Source of the DNA: a bacterium
GTDB lineage: Bacteria; SAR324; XYD2-FULL-50-16
DNA: 64,000 nucleotides
Assembly: GCA_018829445.1 (NCBI GenBank)
Contig: JAHJTV010000031.1
Coordinates: 26,220-90,219 of the forward strand
Direction of reading: 5' to 3'
The notes under the pieces are model-generated. The model was given only the letters and a program-made list of their open reading frames with translations, was not told where the DNA came from and did not search any database. Of this stretch, positions 40,569 to 51,358 are shown piece by piece. The first letter of the stretch is position 1, and the number at the start of each line of letters is the position of its first letter. Position numbers and translations under genes: made by a program.

Positions 40569-41551
40569 TCGATTTCTCCGATGGCTGTCATGTAAAGCTC
40601 CTCTTCTTCGTCTTGTTTGTGAGCCTCGCGATACATTTGCAGGGCAATACCGGGATCGCCCATAGCTTCATAGCAGATGCCCAGGTTGTAGAGATCCGCC
40701 GGTTTCCTGTCCTCCGACTTTGACAACGAGGATTCCAGGCGTTTGCTGGCCGATTCCAAATCCGCTTTTTCCATCAGCTCCAAAATCTCATTTTCACTTC
40801 TCTTATCAATCTTTCTTTTGGTTAAGACAGAATATTTGCTGACATTTTTAAGGATTCTGGAGGTGATCACCACGCCAAGTTCATTTATCATACTCTCCGG
40901 GGAATTCATCGGATCTGATTGATAGGATAGCATGGTGTTAAAACTCTTCAGTACTTTGGAGTCACCATTTTTGGTTTTGATGACCTCCACATAACAGATA
41001 AGATCGGCATTTGCATGATTATAAGGGACAGACACCACTCTCTGCTGACTGCTGTCCTGGGTTGTCACCCATTTTTGGCCTTGTTTGACAGATTTTTTCT
41101 GATGAAATGTCATCACTTCCTGGGATTGTCCGATCTGTTTTATGGTATCATAAGCGATCTGTACATCAATTATCAGATCCAGCTCCTCAATTCGCTCCCC
41201 TGACAATGGGCGTAATCGTTGAAAGGCAGTTTGAAATTTTCTGATATCATGCAGATCAAAAACCTGGTAATCCGAAAATTTTCTCAGGTTTGAAACCAGT
41301 GATTTTCTCACCAGGGTTTCCAGCTTTCGGTCATTTATTGGTTGACTGGCAGCTGTCCAGGCCCCCTGGTTGTCCTGCAATTCCACCGATCTCCTATCCA
41401 TCAGCAGGACTGTATTTACCCCAACATTACGGATACCACTATACCTGGGCTCAGCACTCTTTTGTGTCGTAAATTGGATGTATGTGGAGCAGGACGAGAT
41501 CATAAAAAACAGAACCAGATACCATCCCAATCGTTGTTTTAATGTTTTCAT
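40565..41551 (-). CDS. Lipoprotein with C-terminal TPR
   Basis: Lipobox ISSC; LYNLGICYEAMG TPR. Confidence 0.75.
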   Translation of the reverse strand: MKTLKQRLGWYLVLFFMISSCSTYIQFTTQKSAEPRYSGIRNVGVNTVLLMDRRSVELQDNQGAWTAASQPINDRKLETLVRKSLVSNLRKFSDYQVFDLHDIRKFQTAFQRLRPLSGERIEELDLIIDVQIAYDTIKQIGQSQEVMTFHQKKSVKQGQKWVTTQDSSQQRVVSVPYNHANADLICYVEVIKTKNGDSKVLKSFNTMLSYQSDPMNSPESMINELGVVITSRILKNVSKYSVLTKRKIDKRSENEILELMEKADLESASKRLESSLSKSEDRKPADLYNLGICYEAMGDPGIALQMYREAHKQDEEEELYMTAIGEIE

Positions 41552-41589
41552 GGCGTATTATTGAGCAGGCAACTTATTTTGAATCATTG

Positions 41590-42336
41590 CTAAAGTGAAT
41601 TAAAATGCGTGTTTACGGCTTTATCGGCAAGCTCGTCAAAAACCCTGCCGACCATTGTGATATTGTTATCCGCTTTGATTTCCGTATGCGCCGGTTGCAG
41701 TTCCTTATCACGATAAAACTGTGACATCTGGTTATCGGATATCTGTCTGTTTCCTGCCCATACTTTTTGTCTGTTATCGTTGGAAGCTGTCATGGTGGCT
41801 CTCAGTAATCTTGTTTCGGAACCGATCTCAATAAAATATAACGATATGATCGTCTGCAACTGATCCTTGTCCCATTTTCGTTGCTCTATCTCGTCCCAGC
41901 TCTGGCTGAAATTAAATCCACTTTGATTCCGAGTGACCTTTTCCAGCTGGTTGCCTGATATTTTTGCCTGGTTAAACCAGATATCCCCGATGATAAAAAC
42001 AAGCGGGTGATTGCTGTCGTTTTGAGGTACCGCCTGTCCGGAAGGTACAAATTCTAATTGGAACCTGTGATTGTTTTTCATCCTGTTTTGCATGGCTCTC
42101 ACCAGATAGTGCTTTAGCTGTTCAGCTTCTTTCTCTACAAAAATATAGTCCTCATGTAAAATTACCCTGGTGGCGCTTGTGTCCAGCGAGCGCACTTTTT
42201 TTGTTGTGGATTCATATTTGACAGTTTTACTGCAGGATATCAGAAGAAATCCTAAACTCGCGAATAATACCAGAGTTTTATATTTGTAAGTGAAGGTCAT
42301 ATTCGTTATCAATTGATTTATTGTCGAGAGCCGCAT
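41590..42336 (-). CDS. Hypothetical lipoprotein
   Basis: Lipobox LISC; start may be ATG 42300. Confidence 0.7.
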   Translation of the reverse strand: MRLSTINQLITNMTFTYKYKTLVLFASLGFLLISCSKTVKYESTTKKVRSLDTSATRVILHEDYIFVEKEAEQLKHYLVRAMQNRMKNNHRFQLEFVPSGQAVPQNDSNHPLVFIIGDIWFNQAKISGNQLEKVTRNQSGFNFSQSWDEIEQRKWDKDQLQTIISLYFIEIGSETRLLRATMTASNDNRQKVWAGNRQISDNQMSQFYRDKELQPAHTEIKADNNITMVGRVFDELADKAVNTHFNSL

Positions 42337-42625
42337 CCGGCATCTGATTTTTTGAGTGAGTCACTTCAGTTGGCACTGTAAAATTATTTACCCCCAAGGG
42401 ATTAGTGCTTATTTCCGATTATCGTATTTTGATCCCATCGGCAAGATTTTTCTTTAACATTTTTATAAATAGGATTCACTGGCAAGATCAACATCAAATC
42501 TATGTCTTGTATCACTCAAATGAAGAATAAATCCTGTTTCATTTGGACAGATGATTGATTCAATATGGGGAGATTGTGGGCTTCTTCAATCAATCAACAA
42601 TTTACTCTCTTTTTCAGGCAATACC

Positions 42626-43528
42626 ATGTTGGTCTACGCAAAATTACTATTAACCGCTTTTTTCTGGGGAGGCACCTTTATCGCCGGCCGTGTGGTTTCC
42701 CGCTCAATGGATCCTTATGCAGCTGCTTTTTTAAGATTTGCCATTGCCTCTGTCTTTCTCTTGGGTCTGATCCTCATTAAGGAGGGAAAGCTGGTCAGCA
42801 TTAGTTTAAAACAGTTGTTTTTTGTCATTTTGCTGGGAATGACAGGAGTATTTGCTTACAACATCTTCTTTTTTTCCGGCCTCCATACGGTGGTTGCCGG
42901 TAGAGCTTCCATCATAATTGCATTGAATCCCATTGCCATCAGTATTCTATCCTCGATTATCTTTAAAGAAAAGCTGACGGTGTTAAAGCTTTTCGGGATT
43001 CTGATTTCAGTTACCGGAGCATTGGTCGTCATTACCTTTGGTGATTTATCATCGATCTTCTCTGACCCTATTGGTAAAGGTGAGCTTTTTATCTTTGGCT
43101 GTGTCGTCAGTTGGGTGTCGTATTCATTGATTGGTAAAATGGTGATGTCCAATCTTTCGCCTCTTGTTTCAGTCGCATATTCCGCCCTGGCTGGGGCAAT
43201 TGCCCTATCTGTTCCCGCTTTCACCAGGGGAATGGCTGATGTCATAATCGGATATAGTGCCGAAGAGTGGATCTCTCTATTCTACCTGGGTTTTTTCGGG
43301 ACAGTGCTTGGATTTTACTGGTACTACCAGGCATTGAACACTGTAGGCCCCATGAAATCGAGTGTTTTTATCAACTTTGTTCCGGTCAGCGCCATTATCC
43401 TGGCAATGGTTCTTCTCAATGAACCGGTGACAGTCTCGTTACTGGTAGGTGCAGCCCTGGTACTATCAGGGGTTTTATTGACCAACTTCTCCGGTCTCCT
43501 GGTTACATGGTTGAAAAAGCGACTGTAG
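42626..43528 (+). CDS. DMT/EamA family transporter
   Basis: WGGTF, two EamA repeats, about 10 TM. Confidence 0.92.
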   Translation: MLVYAKLLLTAFFWGGTFIAGRVVSRSMDPYAAAFLRFAIASVFLLGLILIKEGKLVSISLKQLFFVILLGMTGVFAYNIFFFSGLHTVVAGRASIIIALNPIAISILSSIIFKEKLTVLKLFGILISVTGALVVITFGDLSSIFSDPIGKGELFIFGCVVSWVSYSLIGKMVMSNLSPLVSVAYSALAGAIALSVPAFTRGMADVIIGYSAEEWISLFYLGFFGTVLGFYWYYQALNTVGPMKSSVFINFVPVSAIILAMVLLNEPVTVSLLVGAALVLSGVLLTNFSGLLVTWLKKRL

Positions 43529-43929
43529 TTAATTGCCTGCCTGGTATCTTCTCGACAGGTCGAACTGATACTGATCCCCACTCTGGTTCAACAATCAGGA
43601 AACAGGGAGAGTTTTCTCTCCTTATAAAGATTTAGATCCCCTATCTGAACAAGCTTCCAGATTATTGCTCTCCATTCCTTGACGGTTCGTGTTATCGGAG
43701 AAGGAAAACTGAATTGATAAAACAACTGTTTCTAATCGACAACTTGACTCGAAGCCTTTAAGATGACGGTATTTATCATTGCTTCTAAAACTACCAAATA
43801 GGGATTATTGGAATTTTTGGTTATTTAATGTCCCTTTTCGTTACTTTGGTCTATTGACAGAATATTCTAAAAGAAATCATTCTTTAGATCTGTCTTTTTA
43901 GATTAACCTCATCTTTCGTGGATTTAAAT

Positions 43930-44838
43930 ATGACAGTATTGTTATCAACAAAAGAGGTGGCCAAATTTCTCAATGTTAATGAGAAAATGATTTATACATT
44001 GGTAGCTGAGAAAAACCTGCCAGCCACCAAAATTACCGGAAAATGGGCTTTCCCAAAACATCTGGTCGAACAGTGGATTGACACCAGTACCATCAATTAT
44101 CCCAAATCCTCAGAAAAGGTTCCAGGTTACGAAAAGTTACTGATAATAACTGGTAGCAATGATCTGTTGCTAAACAGCACGATTTCTCTATTTAACCAGC
44201 AATATCCGGAGTATGTAGCTGTGTTCGGCAATCTGGGCAGTATGGGAGGATTAAAAATGTTGTGCCAGAATCAATGTCACATAGCAGTCAGTCATCTACT
44301 CCAGGAGAATGAACAGGATTACAATTTTGAGTTTGCAAAAGCCGAACTTCAAAACGTTCCGGCCATAGTCAATTTCTGTCAACGGGAGCAGGGCATTCTT
44401 TTGCAAAAGGGAAATCCGAAAAAAATCAAATCCGTTTCTGATCTTGGGAAAAAGGGGATTCGCGTTGTTAATCGACCCCTGGGAACCGGAACCCGGCTGC
44501 TTTTGGAATATGAATTGAGAAAAGCAAAGTTGAATACGGATAAAATTGAAGGTTATGCCGTTGAAAAGTCCAGCCATATGGATGTTGGGCTTGAAGTGTT
44601 AACAGGACGAGCCGATGCCGGTCCCGGAATCAGGGCGGTTTCCTTTTTACTGGGTCTGGATTTCCTGCCTTTGCGATGGGAGCGTTTCGATCTTTTGATT
44701 CCCAAGGAGAAATTCTTTGAAAAACCGGTTCAGCTGTTTTTGGGATTGTTGCACGAAGAGAGCTTTAGGACTCTTTTTCCGGAAAATTGCGGATATAATC
44801 TGGAAACAACCGGAAAGGTTATATTTCCTACTGACTAG
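43930..44838 (+). CDS. Excisionase-type HTH fused to a periplasmic-binding-like (molybdate/tungstate) domain, transcriptional regulator
   Basis: LSTKEVAxFL..LPATKxxGKW HTH; GSND, GSxGGL, REQG, NRxxGxGTR; directly upstream of tupA. Confidence 0.85.
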   Translation: MTVLLSTKEVAKFLNVNEKMIYTLVAEKNLPATKITGKWAFPKHLVEQWIDTSTINYPKSSEKVPGYEKLLIITGSNDLLLNSTISLFNQQYPEYVAVFGNLGSMGGLKMLCQNQCHIAVSHLLQENEQDYNFEFAKAELQNVPAIVNFCQREQGILLQKGNPKKIKSVSDLGKKGIRVVNRPLGTGTRLLLEYELRKAKLNTDKIEGYAVEKSSHMDVGLEVLTGRADAGPGIRAVSFLLGLDFLPLRWERFDLLIPKEKFFEKPVQLFLGLLHEESFRTLFPENCGYNLETTGKVIFPTD

Positions 44839-44943
44839 ATGCGGAACAAGACTTTACCAATTTCAGGTTCAGGGGAAACCGCTGGCGATGAAACAACGAG
44901 ACTGTCGACAGGAAAGATGAGGTTTTTATTTGATATATAAAAA

Positions 44944-45849
44944 ATGGAGAATACAATGAAACATATTAAGAATCTTTCCCTGTGTTTGATTCTGGCAGCG
45001 CTGGTAATAGGGTTTACGAGCAGCCAGGTTTTTGCCAAGACCATTAAAATGTCCACCACAACCAGCACCCAAGCCTCCGGACTATTGGATGTACTTCTGC
45101 CTGAACTGGAAAAGGATACAGGGATCACGGTAAAAGTCATCGCCAAGGGAACCGGAGCAGCGATTCGCGATGGTATTGACGGTAATGTGGATGTTATTTT
45201 TGTTCATGCCAAGGATAGAGAAGATCAATTCGTGGCGGATGGCTATGGTACCAAACGATTTGCTGTTATGCACAATGATTTCGTACTGCTCGGTCCAGCC
45301 AGCGACCCGGCAGGTGTAAAAGGCATGAATGATGCTGCTTCCGCTCTGGCTAAAATTGCTGAATCAGGATCGCTGTTCATTTCACGAGGCGATGATAGCG
45401 GAACCCACACAAAAGAGCAGGAACTGTGGAGGAATTCGGGAGTTGAGCTGGAAAAAACCACACAAACTATCGTCAAGGGTGGCAATAAGAGTGATATTCA
45501 TTTCTTTCAACCCAAGGGAGTGAGCTGGTACCGATCCATAGGCCAGGGAATGGGGAAAACCCTAACCTTTGCTGAAGAAAAACAGGCTTATACACTTGCA
45601 GATCGGGGAACCTATATTAAATATAAATATGGCCGAGAGATTCCGGTGGACTTGGAAGTGCTTTGTGAAGGGGATGAGCTGTTGGCTAATCCTTACGGCG
45701 TCATCCCTGTCAATCCAAAAACTCATCCGCATGTTCAGTATGACCTGGCTGAAGAGTTTGCCAAGTGGCTGGTTTCAAAAAGAGGTCAGGATGTGATTGC
45801 CGGTTATCAGTTGCTCGGAAAACAACTTTTTTTTCCTGATGCCCTGTAA
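44944..45849 (+). CDS. tupA: Tungstate ABC transporter substrate-binding protein
   Basis: TTTS signature, GTGxA, SRGDxSGTH, GQGMG, YTLxDRGT. Confidence 0.93.
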   Translation: MENTMKHIKNLSLCLILAALVIGFTSSQVFAKTIKMSTTTSTQASGLLDVLLPELEKDTGITVKVIAKGTGAAIRDGIDGNVDVIFVHAKDREDQFVADGYGTKRFAVMHNDFVLLGPASDPAGVKGMNDAASALAKIAESGSLFISRGDDSGTHTKEQELWRNSGVELEKTTQTIVKGGNKSDIHFFQPKGVSWYRSIGQGMGKTLTFAEEKQAYTLADRGTYIKYKYGREIPVDLEVLCEGDELLANPYGVIPVNPKTHPHVQYDLAEEFAKWLVSKRGQDVIAGYQLLGKQLFFPDAL

Positions 45850-45889
45850 TTATGATTAATCTATGAACTTAATTTGATGGTAACGGTAT

Positions 45890-46585
45890 ATGGATTTTTT
45901 GCTGGATAGCCTCGTCTCTGCCGTATTAATGGCGATCTCCTTTGACAAGGAGCTTATTGAGATTGTATGGGTCTCATTGCGGGTTTCATCCAGCTCAACA
46001 GCACTAGCCAGCATTATTGGTGTTCCCCTGGGGATTTTCATCGCCTTTGAAAACTTTCGCGGGAAACGTCTTCTTATCACCATCCTCAATACGATGCTGG
46101 CATTACCAACCGTTGCCATCGGGTTGTTTGTTTATGCCCTTATCTCACGTCGGGGTATTTTTGGTCCTCTGGATCTGCTTTACAGTCAAAAGGCCATTAT
46201 TATCGGACAGGTCATCCTCATAACCCCCGTCATCATCACCTTCACCATCGCGGCCATCAACCATATTGATGAACGGTACCGCAAAACTGCCATGACACTG
46301 GGGGCCAATCGTCGGCAAACGGCAATTGTGATTTTTCTGGAAGCTCGATATGGAATTATAGCAGCAATTGTTGCCGCTTTCGGACGAGTTATCTCCGAAA
46401 TCGGCATCAGTATGATGCTGGGAGGAAATGCCAGGGGGTTTACCCGTACGATCACCACGGCAATGGCCCTGGAATATGATAAGGGCGAATTCGTATTAGC
46501 TGTTGCCCTGGGAATTATCCTCATCACAATCAGCTTCGGGTTGAATCTACTCTTCCACGTATTGCAAGGCAGGGGAAGTAAATGA
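45890..46585 (+). CDS. tupB: Tungstate ABC permease
   Basis: LPTVxxGL, GxxGxLxLL, FGRxISExG, GGN..TRTxTTA. Confidence 0.92.
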   Translation: MDFLLDSLVSAVLMAISFDKELIEIVWVSLRVSSSSTALASIIGVPLGIFIAFENFRGKRLLITILNTMLALPTVAIGLFVYALISRRGIFGPLDLLYSQKAIIIGQVILITPVIITFTIAAINHIDERYRKTAMTLGANRRQTAIVIFLEARYGIIAAIVAAFGRVISEIGISMMLGGNARGFTRTITTAMALEYDKGEFVLAVALGIILITISFGLNLLFHVLQGRGSK

Positions 46586-47604
46586 TTCTTTATTCGATGA
46601 GGAACGTCTCCAGATGCTTTGGTGAGAAAAAAGTACTTGATTTGGAAGAACTTGAGATTGAGAAGGGACACATTTATGCTTTGCTAGGTCCCAATGGGTC
46701 AGGAAAAACCACACTGCTCAATATCATGGGTTTTCTGGATCAACCAACCTCCGGACAGGTCTGGTTCAAGGAGAAACAGGTCTTCTTTAACGAGAGAACG
46801 CTGCAAAAACATCGTCGCAAAGTGGTTATGGTGCAACAGAACCCTATCCTGTTTACAACATCGGTTTATAAGAATCTGGAGTTCGGCCTCAAGGTACGTA
46901 AGATATCAAAAGAACAGCGGCGAAAAATAATCGATGAGTCCCTGGATCTGGTGGGACTCCGCCACATGATCAATGAACCGGCCCACAAACTGTCCGGTGG
47001 TGAAACCCAAAGGGTAGTATTGGCACGGGCCCTGGCACTAACGCCGGAAGTAATTCTCTGTGATGAGCCGACTGCCAGCGTTGACCTGGAGAATCAACTA
47101 GCCATCACCAGGCTGCTAAAGGATATCAATTCCGAAAAAGGCATTACCTTGGTTTTTACCTCCCATGATAAAAGCCAGGCTTCCGCTCTCCCTCATTTTA
47201 AACTGTTTCTGGAGCAGGGACGGATTTCTGTCATGTCCTATGAGAATACATTTCCCGCCAAGATCTTTTCGCTTGATGAGCAGTATTCCACCTGTGTCAT
47301 TCAGAATGAACTGGAGCTAAACATCCCCCTGAAAAAAGCTGGACCCTGCCGATTACGAATAGAACCGGAATTGATCGTCCTTTCAACATCAATACCTGAA
47401 CCCGCTGAGCCAAACACCATGACCGGTAGAATTTTGAGGATCAGCGAGGATATCAAAGGAATTCGCATCGGTATTGATTGCAGGATTCATTTAACGGCTA
47501 TCATATCAAAGGCCGACTATCAAAACCTCAGCCTCTTTGTCGGTAACACGGTGACCGTTAATATCCCTCCACAAGCAGTTACCATCTTAGATTCCAGAAT
47601 TTAG
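46582..47604 (+). CDS. tupC: Tungstate ABC ATPase with C-terminal TOBE-like region
   Basis: GPNGSGKTT, LSGGE, DEPT; ATGA overlap with tupB. Confidence 0.88.
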   Translation: MILYSMRNVSRCFGEKKVLDLEELEIEKGHIYALLGPNGSGKTTLLNIMGFLDQPTSGQVWFKEKQVFFNERTLQKHRRKVVMVQQNPILFTTSVYKNLEFGLKVRKISKEQRRKIIDESLDLVGLRHMINEPAHKLSGGETQRVVLARALALTPEVILCDEPTASVDLENQLAITRLLKDINSEKGITLVFTSHDKSQASALPHFKLFLEQGRISVMSYENTFPAKIFSLDEQYSTCVIQNELELNIPLKKAGPCRLRIEPELIVLSTSIPEPAEPNTMTGRILRISEDIKGIRIGIDCRIHLTAIISKADYQNLSLFVGNTVTVNIPPQAVTILDSRI

Positions 47605-47663
47605 AATCCTCGAAATGCACTATGAGTCCATAATAAGTTAGGGTCAATCAGAGCATGGATTAC

Positions 47664-47727
47664 GGTAGGGTGGGGTTGCATGGCCGCCTGTACACACTCT
47701 AATGCGGCCATGTAAGACCGCCCTCCC
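47664..47727. repeat. GTAG-type REP doublet, copy 1
   Basis: ggtagggtggggttgcatggccgc...gcggccatgtaagaccgccctccc, self-complementary; homologous to 51051-51114. Confidence 0.75.
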
Positions 47728-48107
47728 ATTCAGGAAATATAAACTTTTTTGCCAGAAATGCTTTAAATATTTTTTTACCCCTGTAATCGCATACCGCCTA
47801 CCAACGAATATCAGACAAAATATTAAAGTCTTGCTTTTTGATTCATAATTGATTCAATAAAGACAGAATCTGAATTATACAACATCTTCCCTGACATTAC
47901 TCTCCTCAAGTCATTTTATTGACAACACCATGTTTCTTTAATTAAAAGGGGGTTAAAACCTGAATATTATTTGAAGACAGAGAGGAGAAAATCACTTAAG
48001 CTTTGGTCGAAATCCAAATGAAACAGTTCAGTATCGCAGATTGGTTTACCAAAACCCCATTTTTTGCTTGCTAGTGGTCGAACACGAAACGATAAGGGAG
48101 TCAACCG

Positions 48108-50126
48108 ATGAACAAAGAAAAAGAAAAACGATTTCTGGAGATCCTGTTTATCAGTATTTTGGTTCTGTTTTTTTTGCAACTGATTTCTGATTTCATTGAA
48201 ACGATCTATTCTTTTTGTTTGCTGACAACCGGCCTGAACGAAACAGTAACCGCGGTTTTGCTATTGCTGACACCCCTATTGTTAATCTTCTTTGGCCGCA
48301 GGGTCTCGCCGTTTTTTATATTATTGTTTGCTGAACTGACCATCGGCTTGCGTGTGGCAGAAATAATGGCAGGTTCGCAATATAAGATGGTACTCTCCGG
48401 GTTGGGTGTAGGTTGCTTTATGCTCTTCTTTCCCTCCTTTTTGAACAATGTCAAAAAGTCAGAGAACAATGTAAAGGGGTTATCGATTGGAGTCGGAGCA
48501 ATTCTGGCAGTACTGTTCTTAATCTTTCTGAAGTCAATACACTCTTCTCTTGACGTTACCACCTCTTCGGATCTCTATTGGGCTGGATTGGTTTTATCTG
48601 CCATCGCAGCTGTAATTGCCCCGGTAATCATCCTTTCCGGCTTACCGATTACTCAATACAGCACTAGCCGACAGAGTATTTTTATCAAGAATCCCGGGGC
48701 TCCATCTGTATTCTTGCCAGCCTGGGGAATCATCTCTGTGCTGACAATGCTCTATGCTGTTTTTGGAAGCCCAACTGTCATCGCCCGCTGGAGCGGCGGA
48801 AATTATACCCTGATAATTGTCATTCAGTTGATTATTACCACTCTATTTGGAATCTACCTGCTGGTCACCTCCAAATCAGGAGCCGGAATCGGGGTTCCGG
48901 GTCTGTTTATCTGCAATATTGTGTTTGTTGCATTATTAACTGTTTTTATCTATCGGCTGCAGATTCCGTTTCCCGAAGCTCCGGCGGATTACCCTATATA
49001 TGCCGATTCGATTGACCTGTTCGACCAGATCCTTCTTTTTGTAGTAATCATTTTCTACCCAATTTTATTCATCAATCTTGCGGTTTTCTCACAACAGATG
49101 ATCCAGACAGACAGCTCTGTCTTACGGTTCGGAGTCGGATTCTTTTTTGCCGCATTTTTTATGCTGATAATAATCTTTGCCCATATTTTCACCACGGTTT
49201 ATGACTACATTCCGGTAATTGGACCTTTTTTCAGGGACAAATTCTGGTTGGTACACTTGGTCTTGGGAATTGGGATACTATTTCCCATGCTATGGTTGAA
49301 AGCAAATAACATAAAAGACAGAAACATTGATTTTTCCCAAAGGGACAAGGTGTTACTATCCAGCTTAATGATCGGCGTGTCGGCTGTTACGCTTATCGGG
49401 ATGCAGTTGAACCGGTCAAACCCGGATCATAAACTGTCGGAAAATTCATTGAAGGTTATGACCTTCAACATCCAGCAAGGATATGATGAACATGGTAACA
49501 AGAATTATCTCGGACAGATTGAGCTGATCAAACAACTTGATCCCGATATCATTGGCTTGCAGGAAACCGATTCCGTGCGAATTGCAGGCGGGAATTCCGA
49601 TATCATTCGCTATTATGCCGAAAAACTGAACATGTATGCTTATAACGGCCCAACACCGGTAACCGGCACCTTTGGAATTGCTTTACTGTCAAAATCGCCC
49701 ATTCTCAACCCACAAACCTTTTTTATGTATAGCCAGGGAGAGCAGACCGCCACCATCAGAGCACAAATAGAAAGAGGAGAAACAAGATTTAATGTGTATG
49801 TCACTCACCTGGGCAATGATGGTGACCTGGTGCAGCAGCAAGCAATTCTGGAAACCGCCAAACCGGATAAAAATGTAATCCTGATGGGAGACTTTAATTT
49901 CAGACCGGATACTATCCAATACCAAAAAACAATCGAACAACTGACCGATTCATGGCTGAAAAAATGGCCCAGTGGTACTGATGACAAGGGAGTGAATCCG
50001 GAGAGTGCTAATTATGGGCGTATCGATCACATTTTTATCTCCAACGAACTGCAGATCAAAGACAGCCGATTCATCCTGAGCGACCAATCAGACCATCCGG
50101 CTTTAATCACCGAGCTACAATTGTAG
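48108..50126 (+). CDS. Polytopic membrane protein with C-terminal EEP (exo/endo/phosphatase) domain, Cwh43/PGAP2IP-like architecture
   Basis: About 12 TM segments, then TFNI, GLQE, THL, GDFN, IDHIF, SDH. Confidence 0.8.
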   Translation: MNKEKEKRFLEILFISILVLFFLQLISDFIETIYSFCLLTTGLNETVTAVLLLLTPLLLIFFGRRVSPFFILLFAELTIGLRVAEIMAGSQYKMVLSGLGVGCFMLFFPSFLNNVKKSENNVKGLSIGVGAILAVLFLIFLKSIHSSLDVTTSSDLYWAGLVLSAIAAVIAPVIILSGLPITQYSTSRQSIFIKNPGAPSVFLPAWGIISVLTMLYAVFGSPTVIARWSGGNYTLIIVIQLIITTLFGIYLLVTSKSGAGIGVPGLFICNIVFVALLTVFIYRLQIPFPEAPADYPIYADSIDLFDQILLFVVIIFYPILFINLAVFSQQMIQTDSSVLRFGVGFFFAAFFMLIIIFAHIFTTVYDYIPVIGPFFRDKFWLVHLVLGIGILFPMLWLKANNIKDRNIDFSQRDKVLLSSLMIGVSAVTLIGMQLNRSNPDHKLSENSLKVMTFNIQQGYDEHGNKNYLGQIELIKQLDPDIIGLQETDSVRIAGGNSDIIRYYAEKLNMYAYNGPTPVTGTFGIALLSKSPILNPQTFFMYSQGEQTATIRAQIERGETRFNVYVTHLGNDGDLVQQQAILETAKPDKNVILMGDFNFRPDTIQYQKTIEQLTDSWLKKWPSGTDDKGVNPESANYGRIDHIFISNELQIKDSRFILSDQSDHPALITELQL

Positions 50127-50171
50127 TTTTTTTATAGCTCACGGGTATTTTTAAGTTAGCCTGAATACAGT

Positions 50172-50894
50172 TCAAGGACTGATTATAAAAGGGGAGAGCA
50201 AACGTTTGCATGTTTCCGATAAAACCTGATGGGAATGGTAGATGACCACCTCCGACCGTGCTAAATCCCTTTTTACCGGGCAATAACTGGCAATAACCCG
50301 ATGAGGCTGGCTGGTTGTGTATGATTTTAGAAAACAGGCACTATAAGGAAACAGACCGACTTCCAGACTCTTCCGGTTAAAGTCGTCCATCTGTGTATCC
50401 GGCAACAAAACATGGAATTTGCCCCGGCTTTGCAGAAGGTCGGCAACAATGGCGACCAACTCGGTATGGTTTAAGGTATCATCATGCCAGGCTATTCTTT
50501 TTTGTAGGTGTTTGGATTTTGTGTTTTCTGAGTAAAAAGGAGGATTGCAGATGACGGTGTCAAAATGATTTCGGATTCCTCCCTGTTGCTGCAGGTATTC
50601 CTGTATGGAGCCCCTGTAGACAGATATCCGATGCTGCCAGGGAGAACCCGCAATATTTTCATTGGCTTGGATACAGGCACTTTCATCAATCTCCACAGCA
50701 TGGATGTCCGCTTGAGTCCGTTGAGCTGCCATTAGTGCCAGCAAACCGGTTCCGGTTCCGATATCTATCACCGTTTCTGCATTTTCAAGATCAAGGTAAG
50801 CCCCAAAAATGCAGGCGTCCGAAGTCACCTTCATGGCACATCGGTCCTGATTGATCCGAAACTGTTTGAATTGAAAATAAGGATTGCCAGACAA
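50172..50894 (-). CDS. yfiC: tRNA1(Val) adenine(37)-N6 methyltransferase
   Basis: FQFKQF..Q..CAMKV..D, DIGTGTG, NPPF. Confidence 0.9.
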   Translation of the reverse strand: MSGNPYFQFKQFRINQDRCAMKVTSDACIFGAYLDLENAETVIDIGTGTGLLALMAAQRTQADIHAVEIDESACIQANENIAGSPWQHRISVYRGSIQEYLQQQGGIRNHFDTVICNPPFYSENTKSKHLQKRIAWHDDTLNHTELVAIVADLLQSRGKFHVLLPDTQMDDFNRKSLEVGLFPYSACFLKSYTTSQPHRVIASYCPVKRDLARSEVVIYHSHQVLSETCKRLLSPFIISP

Positions 50895-51050
50895 AACGTT
50901 ATCAGTGCAATGAGTTAGATGGAAAAGTTCTAAAAACCGATTTTAAAAATGTATCTGTCATAAAAATCAGTTTAATTATACAGACTGACATGGTCAATCA
51001 CCCAGCCCGGATAAACTGAATTAGTACATTTTGCCAATAGCATGGAATAT

Positions 51051-51114
51051 GGTAGGGCGGGGTTACATCCCCGCCAGAACTCACTCTTAGACTGCTATGT
51101 AAGACTGCTCTACC
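51051..51114. repeat. GTAG-type REP doublet, copy 2
   Basis: ggtagggcggggttacatccccgcc...gctatgtaagactgctctacc; shares the upstream agcatgga flank with copy 1. Confidence 0.75.
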
Positions 51115-51200
51115 GAAGCAGAAAATATCAGTTCTGCATTTTGAAGAGCATAAGCTTAAAAAGCAATTAGTATCCTTATCTTGAGAGTATAGGGTTCTCT

Positions 51201-51270
51201 GTCATGCCGGACTTGATCCGGCATCCAGCTTTTTGAAATAATTATGGATTCCCTGTCAAGCACAGAATGA
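51201..51270. repeat. GTCAT-type REP-like palindrome pair
   Basis: gtcatgccggacttgatccggcatcca ... tggattccctgtcaagcacagaatga. Confidence 0.7.
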
Positions 51271-51358
51271 TAACATGTCAGCTTTCTATGGCCTATAATT
51301 TCAATAATTTGGCTAAGAACTCAAACTGTTCAGATCCTTATAAAAGGAGAGAAAAACG

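Noticed and set aside
43918-44100. Prophage excisionase
   Set aside because: The HTH is fused to a PBP-like domain upstream of tupABC, and there is no integrase or phage gene
44839-44943. Possible Moco/tungsten-cofactor riboswitch upstream of tupA
   Set aside because: GAAA-loop mini-stems and GGAAAG are present, but I could not match the conserved Moco RNA core; needs an Rfam/Infernal scan
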